Both the position numbers and the translations under genes were made by a program. Below are positions 1-14,099 of a stretch of DNA of 64,000 bases, one piece after another; position 1 is the first letter of the stretch; every line of letters starts with the position of its first letter. The DNA comes from Octopus vulgaris (taxonomy: Eukaryota), in NCBI GenBank assembly GCA_951406725.2, contig OX597820.1:13578001-13642000 (forward strand). The letters run 5' to 3'. The notes below the pieces were generated by a model that worked only from the letters and a program-made list of their open reading frames with translations, was not told the DNA's origin and ran no database searches.

Positions 1-95
1 GCTATAGCAGAAGACACTTGCCCAAGATGCCACGCAGTGGGACTGAACCCGAAACCATGTTGTTGGTTAGCAAGCTACTTACCACACAGCCACAC
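1..95 (-). mobile_element. tRNA-derived SINE family B (CORE-like), 5' part
   Basis: Minus strand GTGGCTGTGTGGTAAG (A box), GGTTCAGTCCC (B box), then CTTGGGCAAGTGTCTTC; same family as 547-961. Confidence 0.8.
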
Positions 96-546
96 TTATA
101 TTTATATACGTGTGTGTCTGTGTGTGTGCAGTGCTCTAAATACCACGGATATTGGTAAAACATCTGAATACGTTGACTGAGCAACAATAAAACGTACCGC
201 CGATTCATTTTGTGTTTTATCTCTAACTCTTCCAGGAACTGCATGACAATGTCCAACTGAAGCACATGTTTTATATATTTGGAAGATGTAGTAAATGTTG
301 ATTAGATTGTCTTTGGTTCTTATCGATTCTGATTAAGGTCAGAATTGATATCGACACCATTTGAACTCCGAGCGCAAACAGGTGTAACTAAGGCATACAA
401 CACAAGACATAACCTGTCGCTGAAGCGATTCTCTCTAACTTCTTTTCTAGTATTGGTTCAAATACCTAGCACTGTCCTTAGACATACATATATCGATTAA
501 TCTTATCTTGCCTGTATGTACTTAGATATGAAACAACTGTAAACTG

Positions 547-961
547 TAGGCGTAGGAGTGGCTGGGTGGTAAGTAGCTTGCTTACCAACCACATGGTTTA
601 TTCCCACTGCGTGACACCTTGGGCAAGTGTCTTCTACTATAGCCTCGGGGCGACCAAAGCCTTGTGAGTGGATTTGGTAGGCGGAAACTGAAAGAAGCCT
701 GTCGTATATATGTGTGTTTGTGTGTGTATGTATGTGTGTATATGTTTGTGTGTCTGTGTTTGTCCCCACAACATCGCTTGACAACCGATGCTGGTGTGTT
801 TACGTCCCCGTCACTTAGCGGTTCTGCCAGAGAGACCGATAGGATAAGTACTAGGCTTACAAAGAATAAGCCTTGGTGTCGATTTGCTCGACTAAAGGCG
901 GTACTCCAGCATGGCCGCAGTCAAATGACTAAAACAAATAAAAGGATAAAAGAATAAAAGA
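547..961 (+). mobile_element. tRNA-derived SINE family B, full length
   Basis: tRNA-like head, CCTTGGGCAAGTGTCTTC core, internal (TG)n, tail GGCGGT-CTCCAGCATGGCCGCAGTCAAATGACT plus A-rich end; more than 10 copies in window. Confidence 0.85.
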
Positions 962-1627
962 AACCCTAACCACTGAGCCACGCGCATCCACAGCTCGATT
1001 CTTGCCGATCTTTGATCAAACAGATTCCAAACCTGACCACCACCGTATCTTTAATCCCATTATTTCTGAGCCAGTAACGACATATTTCGGTATTGTTTTC
1101 TATTTTACAAGACGGTAAGGTGAAATTTGAGAAAAGTACATTTAGCTGCTATTTCTAGCTAGCCTAACGACTAGATAACAGCTTCCTTGATGACTAGAAA
1201 ACCAATACTTTTGAACTGAGCTGCCGTCTTTCCTACTAAGCCAAATTAGGAGAGTTTGTACAGAATCTTCCGGATTCTATGTCTTAAAACACATACGTCT
1301 ATACGCATTCACAGACAAACACACCAACACGTACTTTACTGTACTTAACATCCACGGATGAAGGGAAGTATAATATTATTCGACCTTTATACTTTGAATC
1401 AAAATGATATCGTGAAGGAAACGAACCAGACTGACATCTTACATGTTATATAGGTTATCTCGAATTCTCGTTTGTGTATTATTATTATTATTATTTTCTT
1501 TTCTTTTTTTTTTGTTTTTGGCTTTCTTTTGATTTATTTTCTCTGATTTATTTCGAGCATAATAATGCTGAATGCGAGCATTGTTTCACGTAATCTATAA
1601 TGTATGTGTTAGTGTTTGCTAGTATAA

Positions 1628-1631
<4 letters not shown>

Positions 1632-1666
<35 letters not shown>

Positions 1667-1720
1667 CATACATATAGATACACATACATATATATATGTA
1701 TACATTATTCATTAGCGTAC

Positions 1721-1771
<51 letters not shown>

Positions 1772-2010
1772 CATACATATAGATACACATACATATATAC
1801 ATGTATACATTATTCATTAGCGTACGTTTATATATATATATATATATATATACATATATATATGCATACATATACATTTACATAAATATATACACACTTA
1901 TACAGAGATATATTTACATATATATATATATATATATATACATATATATACCTATGTACACACCTATATATACACATACATTTGTGTGGCTGTGGATGTA
2001 CATATGTATG

Positions 2011-2052
<42 letters not shown>

Positions 2053-2105
2053 GTGTGTGTATATGTATGTATATATATAACATATATATAAAATCTATGT
2101 GTGCA

Positions 2106-2200
<95 letters not shown>
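1632..2200. repeat. (TA)n/(TG)n compound microsatellite containing a ~105-bp tandem duplication
   Basis: TACATTATTCATTAGCGTACGTTTA occurs twice (about 1700 and 1806) within dinucleotide repeats. Confidence 0.85.
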
Positions 2201-2202
<2 letters not shown>

Positions 2203-3144
2203 TCATTTCTTACATCATTCCACCCCCACATTCACTGTCATTTCTTCCCACTCACCAACCATCTTTCATTACATCTTCACCTGCATTCTTTAACTCTTCT
2301 TCTCATTTAATCTTATACAATCTTTTCTTCCAATGAGTCAATTACGGCGCTGCCAAAGAATTAACCCTTGGATAACGGTGAACAAATATATGGAGTTAAG
2401 CTCTTTACACTAGCTCACATATGATCAGATCTCTTTATACATGCAGGTCCATTCTTTACGGAAATAGCTATCATCACGTCGTCTGACGATTGTCCGGGTC
2501 AATACAGGTATGAAACTCTAAATGACGAACTGCTATGTTATATTAGAACTCTATCAATACTTTTATTTCACCCTACGTCTGTATCGCACACTCTTATTTT
2601 GTTTCATGTTAATTCATTTAGAATGTATAGAAATGCGGGTATATAATTATTGTATGTATGAGTGCATTTCACATGTGTGTACACTTTTCTTATTTTCCTT
2701 CTCTTTCTCGTCCCTGTCTGGGCCGTGCTCTAATATCCGACGAAGGACCTAGTCCGAAGCGTCATTGTTTTACACTATAACTTCCATTCTTTTCTGTAAC
2801 TTTTTCTTTATTTCAGTGTCAGCATAAAAAATACATTTAACGTCCCCTGGATCTTTGTTTTTTTTATTTTATTTGCTTTACATACATACATACATACATA
2901 TAAATATAAAAATAAATATAAAAATAAATGTAGGAATAAACAAGTTAGACAGATAAATATATAAATTTTTTACTATATTTATACATTTCTGGCATTTCAG
3001 ATACTAATGTAGTAAAACTTTACATATTGATCTGTCTAACTTATTTATCCTTACATTTATTTCTATATCCGCTCGTTTAAGTCTCTTGAGTACTACTAAG
3101 TGTATTCTGTACGCAGAATATCTGATTGTCATCTATGAACTATA

Positions 3145-3447
<303 letters not shown>

Positions 3448-4241
3448 GTGTATATATATTTGAATGTGTTTATAGATAATGATAATAAAGACAAGACAGA
3501 TGGGTGTTGCGCACATGATCATAAGATAGATTTAATAATATAAGCAATCTACGCTTTTCAAATCACGTATTTTACCAAGTCATTCGAGTATATAATATAT
3601 GTAAATATGTAACAACATTTGTATAGCAAAGATATTTCGTGCACGCATCACTTGTTTTCACTTTTTAAATGCCTTGTTTTTATGTTTTTTTATCTGTAAT
3701 ACCGTATTCATTACAGTTCAGTTATTTCATTGGTTTCCAAATATACTATTCAATTTGACATGTCTAATGTTCTGTGATTGCTATGTTGATCTAAACCAAA
3801 CAATGATGATGAAGATGTGGTTGTTCAGACCTGGGTACAATTCTGAACGAAAAAAACAATCATATATATATATGTGTGTGTATACATATGATTGACTGCT
3901 AGCCCCTAAAGATCTTTTTCATTTTCTCTCTGTTTATTTCCTCGTGTTCCTTTCTGTTGAAGAGCGTAGGCCCGAAAAGTAAAAGAATTTTTCACCTTCT
4001 CGAGCGTCAAACTAATACACCTGTTTGTTGTTCGTACACCTGTCTTCATTTTTTGTTTTTCTATAAATTCCAACTATGTATATATATATACATACATATA
4101 TATATATATACATACAATGAAAAATACACATTCTGTATAGGACATACCAATGAGTGAAAATACGTAAACACACGAGAAAAAAGTACAGGACAAAATACCA
4201 GAAGAAGATAACTCCTCATCAGTTGTCGTCTATTTATTACT

Positions 4242-4324
<83 letters not shown>

Positions 4325-4447
4325 CATAAATAAGATATATATATATATATATATGTGTGTGTATATATATATAATTTAATTATATATAATTTAATATATA
4401 TAATTTAATTTTTTGATTATTGAATTGATAAAAGGTGTTTTTTTCTA

Positions 4448-4490
<43 letters not shown>

Positions 4491-5144
4491 TATATTTTGT
4501 GAAATTTGATTTAGTTTTTTTAAATTGAATTTTTTCCTGTAAGTTTGGAATATTATTCCCTCATATTATTATATATATGCATTTGTGGGTACAGGACGTC
4601 ACCAGTTGTGTAAACAACATGAAATACCAAAAGAAACGAGTTAACTACGCAAACAACGAGAGAGAAAATGGAAACAGGACAAGTAAACACAGAGAACGAC
4701 CCTTCATCAGTTGTTGACGTTCCAAACGTAACCAACACGTTTTTTTTTTACGTGTAATGACCTAATGTGTAAAACCAGGACTGCGAGTTTGCTTTAGCAA
4801 ATAGATTTTACTCTGTAGTACTGTTATTACTTATTTCTCGCGCAGAGAAATAAAAACTGAATGTTTTCCTCTGAACACATCTGCATTTCTTGTTTTTAGG
4901 TATTAGAGAATGATTGAGAAAGATTTGGTTAGTATTTCTAGCATGATTAACCACGACATAGGAGCTCCCTCGTTGCGTGAAACCTCTGTTTCCGTGTCTC
5001 ATAAAGGCAGTCGTTTGCTTTCGCAAGCTTTAAACTATTTACTTAGCATAACGCTATTCCGTTAAATGAAAGTGTCCTCCGATATTTGCGTCGAATATTT
5101 TGCTATTGGTATTATTTATGAGAGGCGTGCATGCGTGCATGTCT

Positions 5145-5185
<41 letters not shown>

Positions 5186-5358
5186 TGTGTGTGTATGTGT
5201 TTGCTTGTTTATCCGAGCGTGTATATGTATAATCAAGAGGTAGCGGTGTGGTGCATCCATTTGAGATTTCAATTTAAATACTTGAAATATTTAATCTTTA
5301 TTTTTGCCTACATCCATTCACATTCATTCGCGCATAGCTAAACATACAAACCATATAT

Positions 5359-5426
<68 letters not shown>

Positions 5427-5427
5427 A

Positions 5428-5475
<48 letters not shown>

Positions 5476-5757
5476 CACTCGTACTTATCGCTGAGGTGGT
5501 TGACATCTATCATCTTGTTTGGCATTTACCCATTGGTGTCAGGTTAAACGAAGAGCAAAATGAAATTAAATTGATGTTATCGCAACAATATGGCCGAGCC
5601 AAATCAACAGACCTTGTCCTTTTGTACTTTTTTTAAAAATTAATTCACGAAAGTTTAAGATGTATTTATATGCCACGGCTGCCTGTACACATTCCGGCGA
5701 AAGTTTCAACATGAAAAATATTAACCTATTTACCACGCAGAAGACTATTTTTTTTTT

Positions 5758-6172
5758 AAGCACTCCGTCGGTTACGACGATGAGGGTTCCGGTTGATCCG
5801 ATCAACGGAACAGCCTGCTCGTGAAATTAACGTGTAAGTGGCTGAGCACTCCACAGACACGTGTACCCTTAACGTAGTTCTCGGGGATATTCAGCGTGAC
5901 ACAGAGAGTGACAAGGCCGGCCCTTTGAAATACAGGTACAACAGAAACAGGAAGAAAGAGTGAGAGAAAGTTGTGGCGAAAGAGTACAGCAGGGATCACC
6001 ACCACCCCCTGTCAGAGCCTCGTGGAGCTTTAGGTGTTTTCGCTCAATAAACACTCACAACGCCCGGTCTAGGAATCGAAACCGCGAGTCCGCTGCCCTA
6101 ACCACTGGGCCATTGCGCCTCCTAACCACGGGGCCATTGCGCCTCCCTAACCACTGGGCCATTGCGCCTCCA
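5758..6172 (-). mobile_element. tRNA-derived SINE family A, tail type 1
   Basis: Head GGAGGCGCAATGGCCCAGTGGTTAGGG...GGTTTCGATTCC; body shared with 9454-9841 and 13727-14099. Confidence 0.85.
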
Positions 6173-6517
6173 ACGCAGAAGACACAAATCAGCTCATCCA
6201 AAAACACACAAAAACTTCACTTCAACATTTATTATTTGATGTCAATGATCGGGTCACAGTTGCTGCGACGAAGATTTTGACAGCAAAAGATCCTTTCTAC
6301 GATAGGCACAATGCGCGAAATTTTGAGGAAAATTTCGAAATCACATCGATTCCAGTGGTCATTTGAACCTTGAGTTATCGACCCTGGAAGGAAGAAACGC
6401 AAAGTTGACCTTGGTGCGATTTGAACTCCTTCTTGTTCTTTTCCACCTTCTTTTTTCACCTTTTTCTTCTATTCTTTTTTCACCTTTGCTTTCTCCTTTT
6501 CCTTTTCCTTCTTTTAC

Positions 6518-6553
<36 letters not shown>

Positions 6554-7029
6554 TTCTTCTTTTTCTTCTGCTACTACTACTTCTTTTTCTTCTTTTTTCT
6601 TGTTCTTCATCATCGTCTTCCTCTCTCTTCCCTTCTTTCTCTTCAATATCTTTCTCATTTTCAGCATCCTTTTCTTCCCCTTCTTCTCCTTTTCGACATC
6701 ATAATCGCCAACATGTTTTCTTTTCATCATACGCATCATCATCATCACCATCATCATCTTCTTTTCTGATTCTCTAATTACGATATCAATATGGTCGTCT
6801 GCTCTATTCAAATTCATGAGCGACATTACGAACTATCACATTTTCATCTCATGTCCAGGCGATAACCATCATTCAAGAAAACGAAAATATAGTAAACTAA
6901 TTATAATTCTTTCTTTAAATTATTCTCACTTTAATTATTCTTAAGTCTATTGGGAATGTAAAACTTCACAGCAAATAAAAGAATCCATATTTCAGCCTTA
7001 ATCTTCTAGAGAAATGAATGCAAAATCAG

Positions 7030-7335
7030 AGCGTATGTACACATGTTTGTGCAGTAAGGAAGATATGTGTGAAAGTGTGTGTGCGTATGTGTGTGTGTGC
7101 ATGCGTGTGTGTATGTGTGTGTGTCTGTGTGTACAGATAAATACCATATCAAATGCTTTACACATGTATACATGTTTGTGCAGTAAGGAAGATATGTGTG
7201 AATGTGTGTGTGTGTTTGTATGTGTGTGTGTGTGTATGTGTGTACAGATAAATACCGTATCAAATGCTTTACACATGTATACATGTTTGTGCAGCAAGGA
7301 AGATATGTGTGAAAATGTGTGTGTATGTGTGTGTG

Positions 7336-7382
<47 letters not shown>

Positions 7383-7488
7383 AGATAAATACCATATCAA
7401 ATGCTTTACACATGTATACATGTTTGTGCAGTAAGGAAGATATGTGTGAAAGTGTATGTGCGTATGTGTGTGTGTGCATGCGTGTGTG

Positions 7489-7526
<38 letters not shown>

Positions 7527-7700
7527 TGTGTGTGTTTGTGTGTGTGCAGATAAATACCATATCAAATGCTTTACACATATATACATGTTTGTGCAGTAAG
7601 GAAGGTATGTGTGAAAGTGTGTGTGCGTGCATGCGTGTGTGTGTGTGTTGTGTGTGTGTGTGTGTGTGTGTACAGATAAATATCACATCAAATGCTTTAT
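7030..7700. repeat. tandem array of a ~70-bp constant unit separated by variable (GT)n
   Basis: ACAGATAAATACCATATCAAATGCTTTACACATGTATACATGTTTGTGCAGTAAGGAAGATATG at about 7132, 7243, 7381 and 7547, plus two partial copies. Confidence 0.85.
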
Positions 7701-7984
7701 CACTTGACTAGAGTTAGGGGTCTCCTCTCGTAAACGGTGGAGGAGGGTTTCGCGACTTTTTGATGAACAATCTGCACAGATGGCTTGTTTGTAGCCATCA
7801 AACGTTTGTGCTGGACATTAGCCAACCATCAAAGAGACATTTCTTGTACAAGTGAATGGTGTGCCACATGTTAGATCTCCACATGCACAAACACATGGAC
7901 ATGTTGCCGTTGTGGACTCTGCTGTCGTAGATTACGGACGAGGGTTCTACAATCTCTTGTTGATCAACCTGAAAACATAATTTC

Positions 7985-8426
7985 TTTCCCTTTCTCTTTT
8001 TTACTCGTTTCAGTCATTTGACTGCGGCCATGCTCGAGCATCGCCTTTTAGTCGAGCAAATCGCCCCCAGGACTTATTCTTTGTAAGTCTAGTACTTATT
8101 CTATCGTCTCTATTGCCAAACCGCTAAGTTACGGGGACTTAAACACACAAACATCGGTTGTCAAGTGATGTTGGAGGAGACAAACACAGATACACAAACA
8201 TATACATATACATACATATGTATGTATGTATGTATGTATTATGTATGTATGTATGTATGTATGTTTACGACAGACATCTTTCAGTTTCCGTCTACCAAAT
8301 CCACTCACAAGTCTTTGGTCGGCCCCAGGCTATAGAAGACAATTGCCCAATGTGCCACGCAGTGGAATGAACCCGGAACCATGTGGTTGGTAAGCAAGCT
8401 ACTTACCACACAGCCACTCCTGCGCC
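7985..8426 (-). mobile_element. SINE family B
   Basis: Reverse complement of the 547-961 family. Confidence 0.8.
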
Positions 8427-8490
8427 ATTTGTTTATAATGATAAAACGTTTGTACTGTACATTAACTCATTCGTAAAGATTGTTTGCCAA

Positions 8491-9021
8491 GGCAAGAAAG
8501 AGGTCAATAAATACTTGCCATTACATTTTTACTCAACCAAATATGAACCATTTTGTTGCACAATGCGTCTCCATCTTTCCTTTACCTTGAAAATACCCTC
8601 TTCCCAGAATTGAGGTGGTTTCATGGCAAAGAATTCATCAAGGTATCTTTTTATGTCATCCAAGGAATTGAAATTTTTACCATTAAGACTATTCTGCAAA
8701 GACCTGAATAAGTGGAAATCCGAAGGAGCAATATCTGTTGAATATGGAAGGTGGGGTAACACATCCCAGCCGAGCTGCAGCAATTTTTGTCTGGTTACCA
8801 AAGCATCAAGTGCCGAAAATGAACTTTCTTATCTTCCATTTTAAAGGGTTACAGAATTAACACAGGTTATAAGAACATAAACCTTCTTCCATGGAAAGAT
8901 AGTTTAAACTGTGCTCTAAATGGAGATGTTGTCAAATCCTATTTTATGGACTCAACCATGTTCTAAAATAGGTCGAAAGGTAAGCTACTATAAATCGGCA
9001 CGAACTTTCCGGGCAACCCAA
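8491..9021 (-). mobile_element. mariner (DD34D) internal-deletion derivative, one TIR lost
   Basis: ORF 8529-8801 LGWDVLPHLPYSTDIAPSDFHLFRSLQN...RW is a mariner transposase C-terminus; TIR ...GAACTTTCCGGGCAACCCAA followed by TA. Confidence 0.9.
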
Positions 9022-9453
9022 TATTTGTATACACTCGCGCATGCATACATATATGTATGTCTGGGTACAAATGTGTATATAAATGTACGATTTGCTTCTT
9101 TCAGTTTCCATCTACCAAATCCATTCACACACAAGGCTTTGGTGGCTCATATCTATACTAGAAGACAGTTGCCCAAGGTGCCATGCCGTGGAAATGAACC
9201 CAAGACCACATGCTTTGGAAACGCATGTATGTATATTAAAACATTCATAAGCGTTTGAAAATTCGAATACGAGAAAAAACATAAAACATACTCGATGTAT
9301 TTTTTTAACACTGGTTATTCATTTATCCGAAACTAATGCTTCACATCTCTAAGATTCCCGTTTCCCTCATTGGTATATATGCATGAGTTTCTACGTACGC
9401 GTATACGTCCATGCATTTGCCATATGGACGCGTGGAAGCAAGTGCGCGAGTAT

Positions 9454-9841
9454 GGATGGAAGCACTCCGTCGGTTACGACGACGAGGGTTCCGGTTGATC
9501 CGATCAACGAAACAGCCTGCTCGTGAAACTAACGTGTAAGTGGCTGAGCACTCCACAGACACGTGTACCCTTAACGTAGTTCTCGGGGATATTCAGCGTG
9601 ACACAGAGAGTGACAAGGCCGGCCCTTTGAAATACAAGGTACAACAGAAACAGGAAGTAAGAGTGGGAGAAAGTTGTGGTGAAAGAGTACAGCAGGGATC
9701 ACCACCATCCCTGCCGGAGCCTCGTGGAGCTTTTAGGTGTTTTCGCTCAATAAACACTCACAACGCCCGGTCTGGGAATCGAAACCGCGATCCTACGACC
9801 GCGAGTCCGCTGCCCTAACCACTGGGCCATTGCGCCTCCAC
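9454..9841 (-). mobile_element. SINE family A, tail type 1, with 13-bp TSD
   Basis: TSD AGTGCGCGAGTAT at 9441-9453 and 9842-9854. Confidence 0.9.
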
Positions 9842-10234
9842 AGTGCGCGAGTATATATGCATGCTTGTAACAATTATATAAGATTCGTCTGTTGATGTGA
9901 AGTAAGGCAGCATGATAGAGAAAAACAGATTCATTTATTTATCTACTTATATATTGTCTTGGCTTTTTTTTTTCTTGTGAGATCAATTAAATTAGGAATA
10001 AATGAGAATGTTGTGGGGGAACTTCTTGTTCTGAGTAGCATGAATCGCCTGACTGGCCTTTTTGTTTTTTTAGTGTTACGCGAGCGAGAAGCGCGTGTTT
10101 GGTGTTTTAGCTCGTATGGATCAGCTTTTGATTGTGTGTGTGTGTGTCTGGGCTCATGTGAGCGTATGTAGGTTTGCGCGTGTATTGTAATGTCACGTGT
10201 ATATGATGTGGTACATACACAAAAACACACACAA

Positions 10235-10289
<55 letters not shown>

Positions 10290-10451
10290 TATACATGCAT
10301 ACACACACAAACACACACATATATATATATATACATATACATGCACACACATGCACAAACACACATATATATATAATTATATGTATGTGCTGTTGAAAAA
10401 CATGATTCATTTGTGTGCGTGATTATATATCATTGCGTTGGTGTGCGACGG

Positions 10452-10503
<52 letters not shown>

Positions 10504-10553
10504 GTACATATATATATATTTGTATGTGTATGTATGTATATATATACATACAT

Positions 10554-10600
<47 letters not shown>

Positions 10601-10608
10601 CTTATAGA

Positions 10609-10646
<38 letters not shown>

Positions 10647-10649
10647 CAT

Positions 10650-10683
<34 letters not shown>

Positions 10684-10829
10684 AGAGAGAGAAAGAGAGC
10701 GAGAGAGAGAGATAAATAGATAGAGAGACAGACAGAAAGAGAGAGACAGGCAGGCAGACAGACAGATAGATAGATATGAATACGTATAAGTGTGTGTGTG
10801 TGTGTGTGTATGTGTGTGCGTGTGTGTGT

Positions 10830-10886
<57 letters not shown>

Positions 10887-11468
10887 TATGCATTACTGAA
10901 AAAAACGGCGGTGCGTTTGCGTGCGTGACTGCTATGATGATGATGGTGGTATGTCAGTGTGTGTGCGACAACTTCTATTGATTTTCGATTTTCTCAAGAA
11001 TTTTGCTTCAATAAATTCTATAGAAATGGTACATTCCTCAGAGACAGAATGTTATTGATTTGATCTTTTATGTCGAATGCCAAGCCAGTCTCAGTCGAGT
11101 CGGAAGGATTTGTCTTGCTGCTTTTACATTCTATATTCTTTAAAGCATTTGACCTTCACGTGACCTTCATATGACCTTCACGTGACTTTTCCATTTAACC
11201 TTCGATATTGCTTTGATCCTTCATCTTAAGACGACCATTTTAGGGTATCTTGGTCATTTAGCTCCTTAATTAAAATATGACGAACACTACCCAAGCTAAT
11301 GATTTCGGTTTCTTTAGGGTTTTTTTTAATTCGTTTATGTCAATGTTTTTGAAGACAGGCAAGAGTAAATAGAGATATATAAATGCATGTGTGTGCGTGT
11401 GTATAAAGATGTGTGTGTGTGTGTGTGTGTCTATATACACACACATAAATATATATATATATATATGG

Positions 11469-11775
11469 TGGAGGCGCAATGGCCCAGAGGTTAGGGCAGC
11501 GGACCCGCGGTCGGAGGATCGCGGTTTCGATTCTCAGACCGAGCGTTGTGTGTGTTTATTGAGCGAAAGCACCTAAAGCTCCACGAGGCTCTGGCAGGGG
11601 GTGATGGCGACCCCTGTTGTACTCTTTCGCCCCAACTTTCTCTCACTCTTTCTTCCTGTTTCTTGAGTAATGCTGCAATGGACTGGCGTCCCTTCCAGCT
11701 GGGTGGAACACATAGGCCACAGAAACCGGGAAACCGGGCCCATGAGCCTGGCTAGGCTTGAAAAGGGCGCATAAA
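11469..11775 (+). mobile_element. SINE family A, tail type 2
   Basis: Family A head and body, then GCTGCAATGGACTGGCGTCCC...GAAACCGGGAAAC tail shared with 59315-59565. Confidence 0.8.
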
Positions 11776-11983
11776 TGAAATTAAAAAATACATATATGAA
11801 TATGTGTATGTGCGTGTGTATCATGGTATATATATGTGTAACACAGATACGCACACACACACAAACACACACATATATACTTTGTATACATGTATATACG
11901 CACATGATGTGATGTATACATACAAACACATAAGCGCGTAGTAGGATCGAACCAGAAGCTGCTTGATTACATGTGTGTGTGCG

Positions 11984-12037
<54 letters not shown>

Positions 12038-12069
12038 AATACATATATGCATTCATACAAGGAAACTCG

Positions 12070-12151
12070 TTTATATATCTATGTGCCAGCCTGAGTATAC
12101 ATTTGTGCGTATATGCATAGATGTATGCATATATGCATGTATGCATGTATG

Positions 12152-12184
<33 letters not shown>

Positions 12185-12910
12185 TTGTATGTATGTATGT
12201 GTATATATATGTATGTATGTGTGTATGTATGTTTGTTTGTATGTGCGCATGTACGTATTATGTTTGTATATATGGGTGTATATATGTGTGTATGTATGTT
12301 TGTATGTATGCATGTATGTGTATATTTATGCATGTATGTATGTTTGTATGTATGTGTGTACAAATGTATATTTGTATGTATGCATGTATGCATGTATGTA
12401 TATATGTATGTATGTTTGTATGTATGTATGTGTATATATATGTATGTGTGTATGTATGTGTGTTTGTATGTGCGCATGTACGTATTATGTTTGTATATAT
12501 GGGTGTATATATGTGTGTATGTATGTTTGTATGTATGCATGTATGTGTATATTTATGCATGTATGTATGTTTGTATGTATGTGTGTACATATGCATATTT
12601 GCATGTATGCATGTATGTATGTTTGTACGTATGTATGTATGTATATATGTATATATGTATGTTTGTATGTAATGAATGTGTGTATGCATGTATGTATGTG
12701 TGCATGTATGCATGTATGTATGTATGTTTGTACGTATGTATGTATTATGTTTCTATGTATGTATGTTTCTATGCATGTATGTATATGTATGCATGTATGT
12801 ACGTATGCATGTATTATGTTTCTATGCATGTATGCATTATGTATGTTTGTATGCTTGTAAGTATGCATGCATGTATGCATGTATGTATGCATGTATGTAT
12901 GTATGCATGT
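12070..12910. repeat. degenerate (TATG)n microsatellite with internal ~235-bp duplication
   Basis: GTGCGCATGTACGTATTATGTTTG repeated at about 12243 and 12470. Confidence 0.85.
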
Positions 12911-13431
12911 AGAAATGAATAAATAAATAAATAAATACATAAATAAATAAAATAAATTAGATTGAACAAGGTTTGATATTTTTAGAAGATAAAAGTGATA
13001 TTGACGTCTTGATGGACGCCTTTTATGAAAGCCTGGATCAAAGAGCGATTGAAGCGAAATCATTTCTGCCTGCAATCGAAGCAAAGTCGACATGTTGATT
13101 TGCATATTACTTATCTCTCACAACGCCCATCATACAATCTCGTATCGTCAAGTCAATATTGACATCATAATTTATGCTCTGGGCATCAAGCATCTCAACT
13201 GGGAATGATTATGCAATGAGCAACAAGCAATATAGGCCTCGAATTTTGGCACAAAGCCAGCAGTTTCGGGTGAAGGAGGAGGTAAGTCGATTACGTCGAC
13301 CCCAGTGTTTAACTGGTACTTGTTTTTTATCGATCTCCCAAAGGATGAAAAGTGGAGTCGACCCCGACGGAACTTGAACTCGACTCTGACAGCTCACTAC
13401 CTTAAGGAATAAGCAATATTGACCATGAACA

Positions 13432-13562
13432 AGGCGGCAAGCTGGCAGAAACGTGAGCACGCCGGGCAAAATGCTTACCGGCATTTCGTCTGCTGCTACT
13501 TTCTGAGTTCAAATTCCGCCGAGGTCGACTTTGCCTTTCTTCCTTTCGGGGTCGATGAATTA
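13432..13562 (+). mobile_element. tRNA-derived SINE family C
   Basis: AAGGCGGCAAGCTGGCAGAA...GAGTTCAAATTCCGCCGAGGTCGACTTTGCCTTTC; many copies in window. Confidence 0.8.
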
Positions 13563-13563
13563 A

Positions 13564-13648
13564 TTGGTTGATTAAAAATGTAATGGCAAGTATTTATTGA
13601 CCTTTTTCTTTCCTTTAAAATTCGGTACGAACTTTCCAGACGACCCAA
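13564..13648 (+). mobile_element. mariner 3' end and TIR fragment
   Basis: Matches the 3' UTR and TIR of the 39590-40150 element and ends at TA. Confidence 0.8.
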
Positions 13649-13726
13649 TATTAAAGAAAAGCAGAAGGCCTGAAATTTTGGTGGGTTGGAGCTAGTCGAT
13701 TACATCGACCCCAGTACTTGACTGTT

Positions 13727-14099
13727 TTGGAGGCGCAATGGCCCAGTGGTTAGGGCAGCGGACTCGCGGTCGTAGGACCGCGGTTTCGATTCCTAGACCG
13801 GGCGTTGTGAGTGTTTATTGAGCGAAAACACTTAAAGCTCCACGACGCTCCGGCAGGGATGGTGGTGATCCCTGCTGTACTCTTTCTCTCACTCTTACTT
13901 CCTGTTTCTGTTGTACCTGTATTTCAAAGGGCCGGCCTTGTCACTCTCTGCGTCACGCTGAATATCCCCGAGAACTACGTTAAGGGTACACGTATCTGTG
14001 GAGTGCTCAGCCACTTACACGTTAATTTCACGAGCAGGCTGTTCCATTGATCGGATCAACCGGAACCCTCATCGTCGTAACCGACGGAGTGCTTCCACC
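13727..14099 (+). mobile_element. SINE family A, tail type 1, inserted into a SINE C copy
   Basis: TSD ACTTGACTGTT at 13716-13726 and 14100-14110. Confidence 0.9.

Noticed and set aside
219-236. TCTAACTCTTCCAG resembles part of miR-750 as recalled
   Set aside because: Seed region does not match and no convincing precursor hairpin was seen
6359-6826. Lys/Glu-rich 155-aa ORF
   Set aside because: Translation of a pyrimidine-rich low-complexity tract
7030-7700. CRISPR-like repeat-spacer appearance
   Set aside because: Repeats are ~70 bp, spacers are (GT)n and related to each other, no cas genes, eukaryotic context
13727-13805. tRNA-like sequences with A and B boxes (also at about 9770-9840, 27151, 55210, 59315)
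   Set aside because: They are SINE heads continuous with SINE bodies and lack a paired acceptor stem
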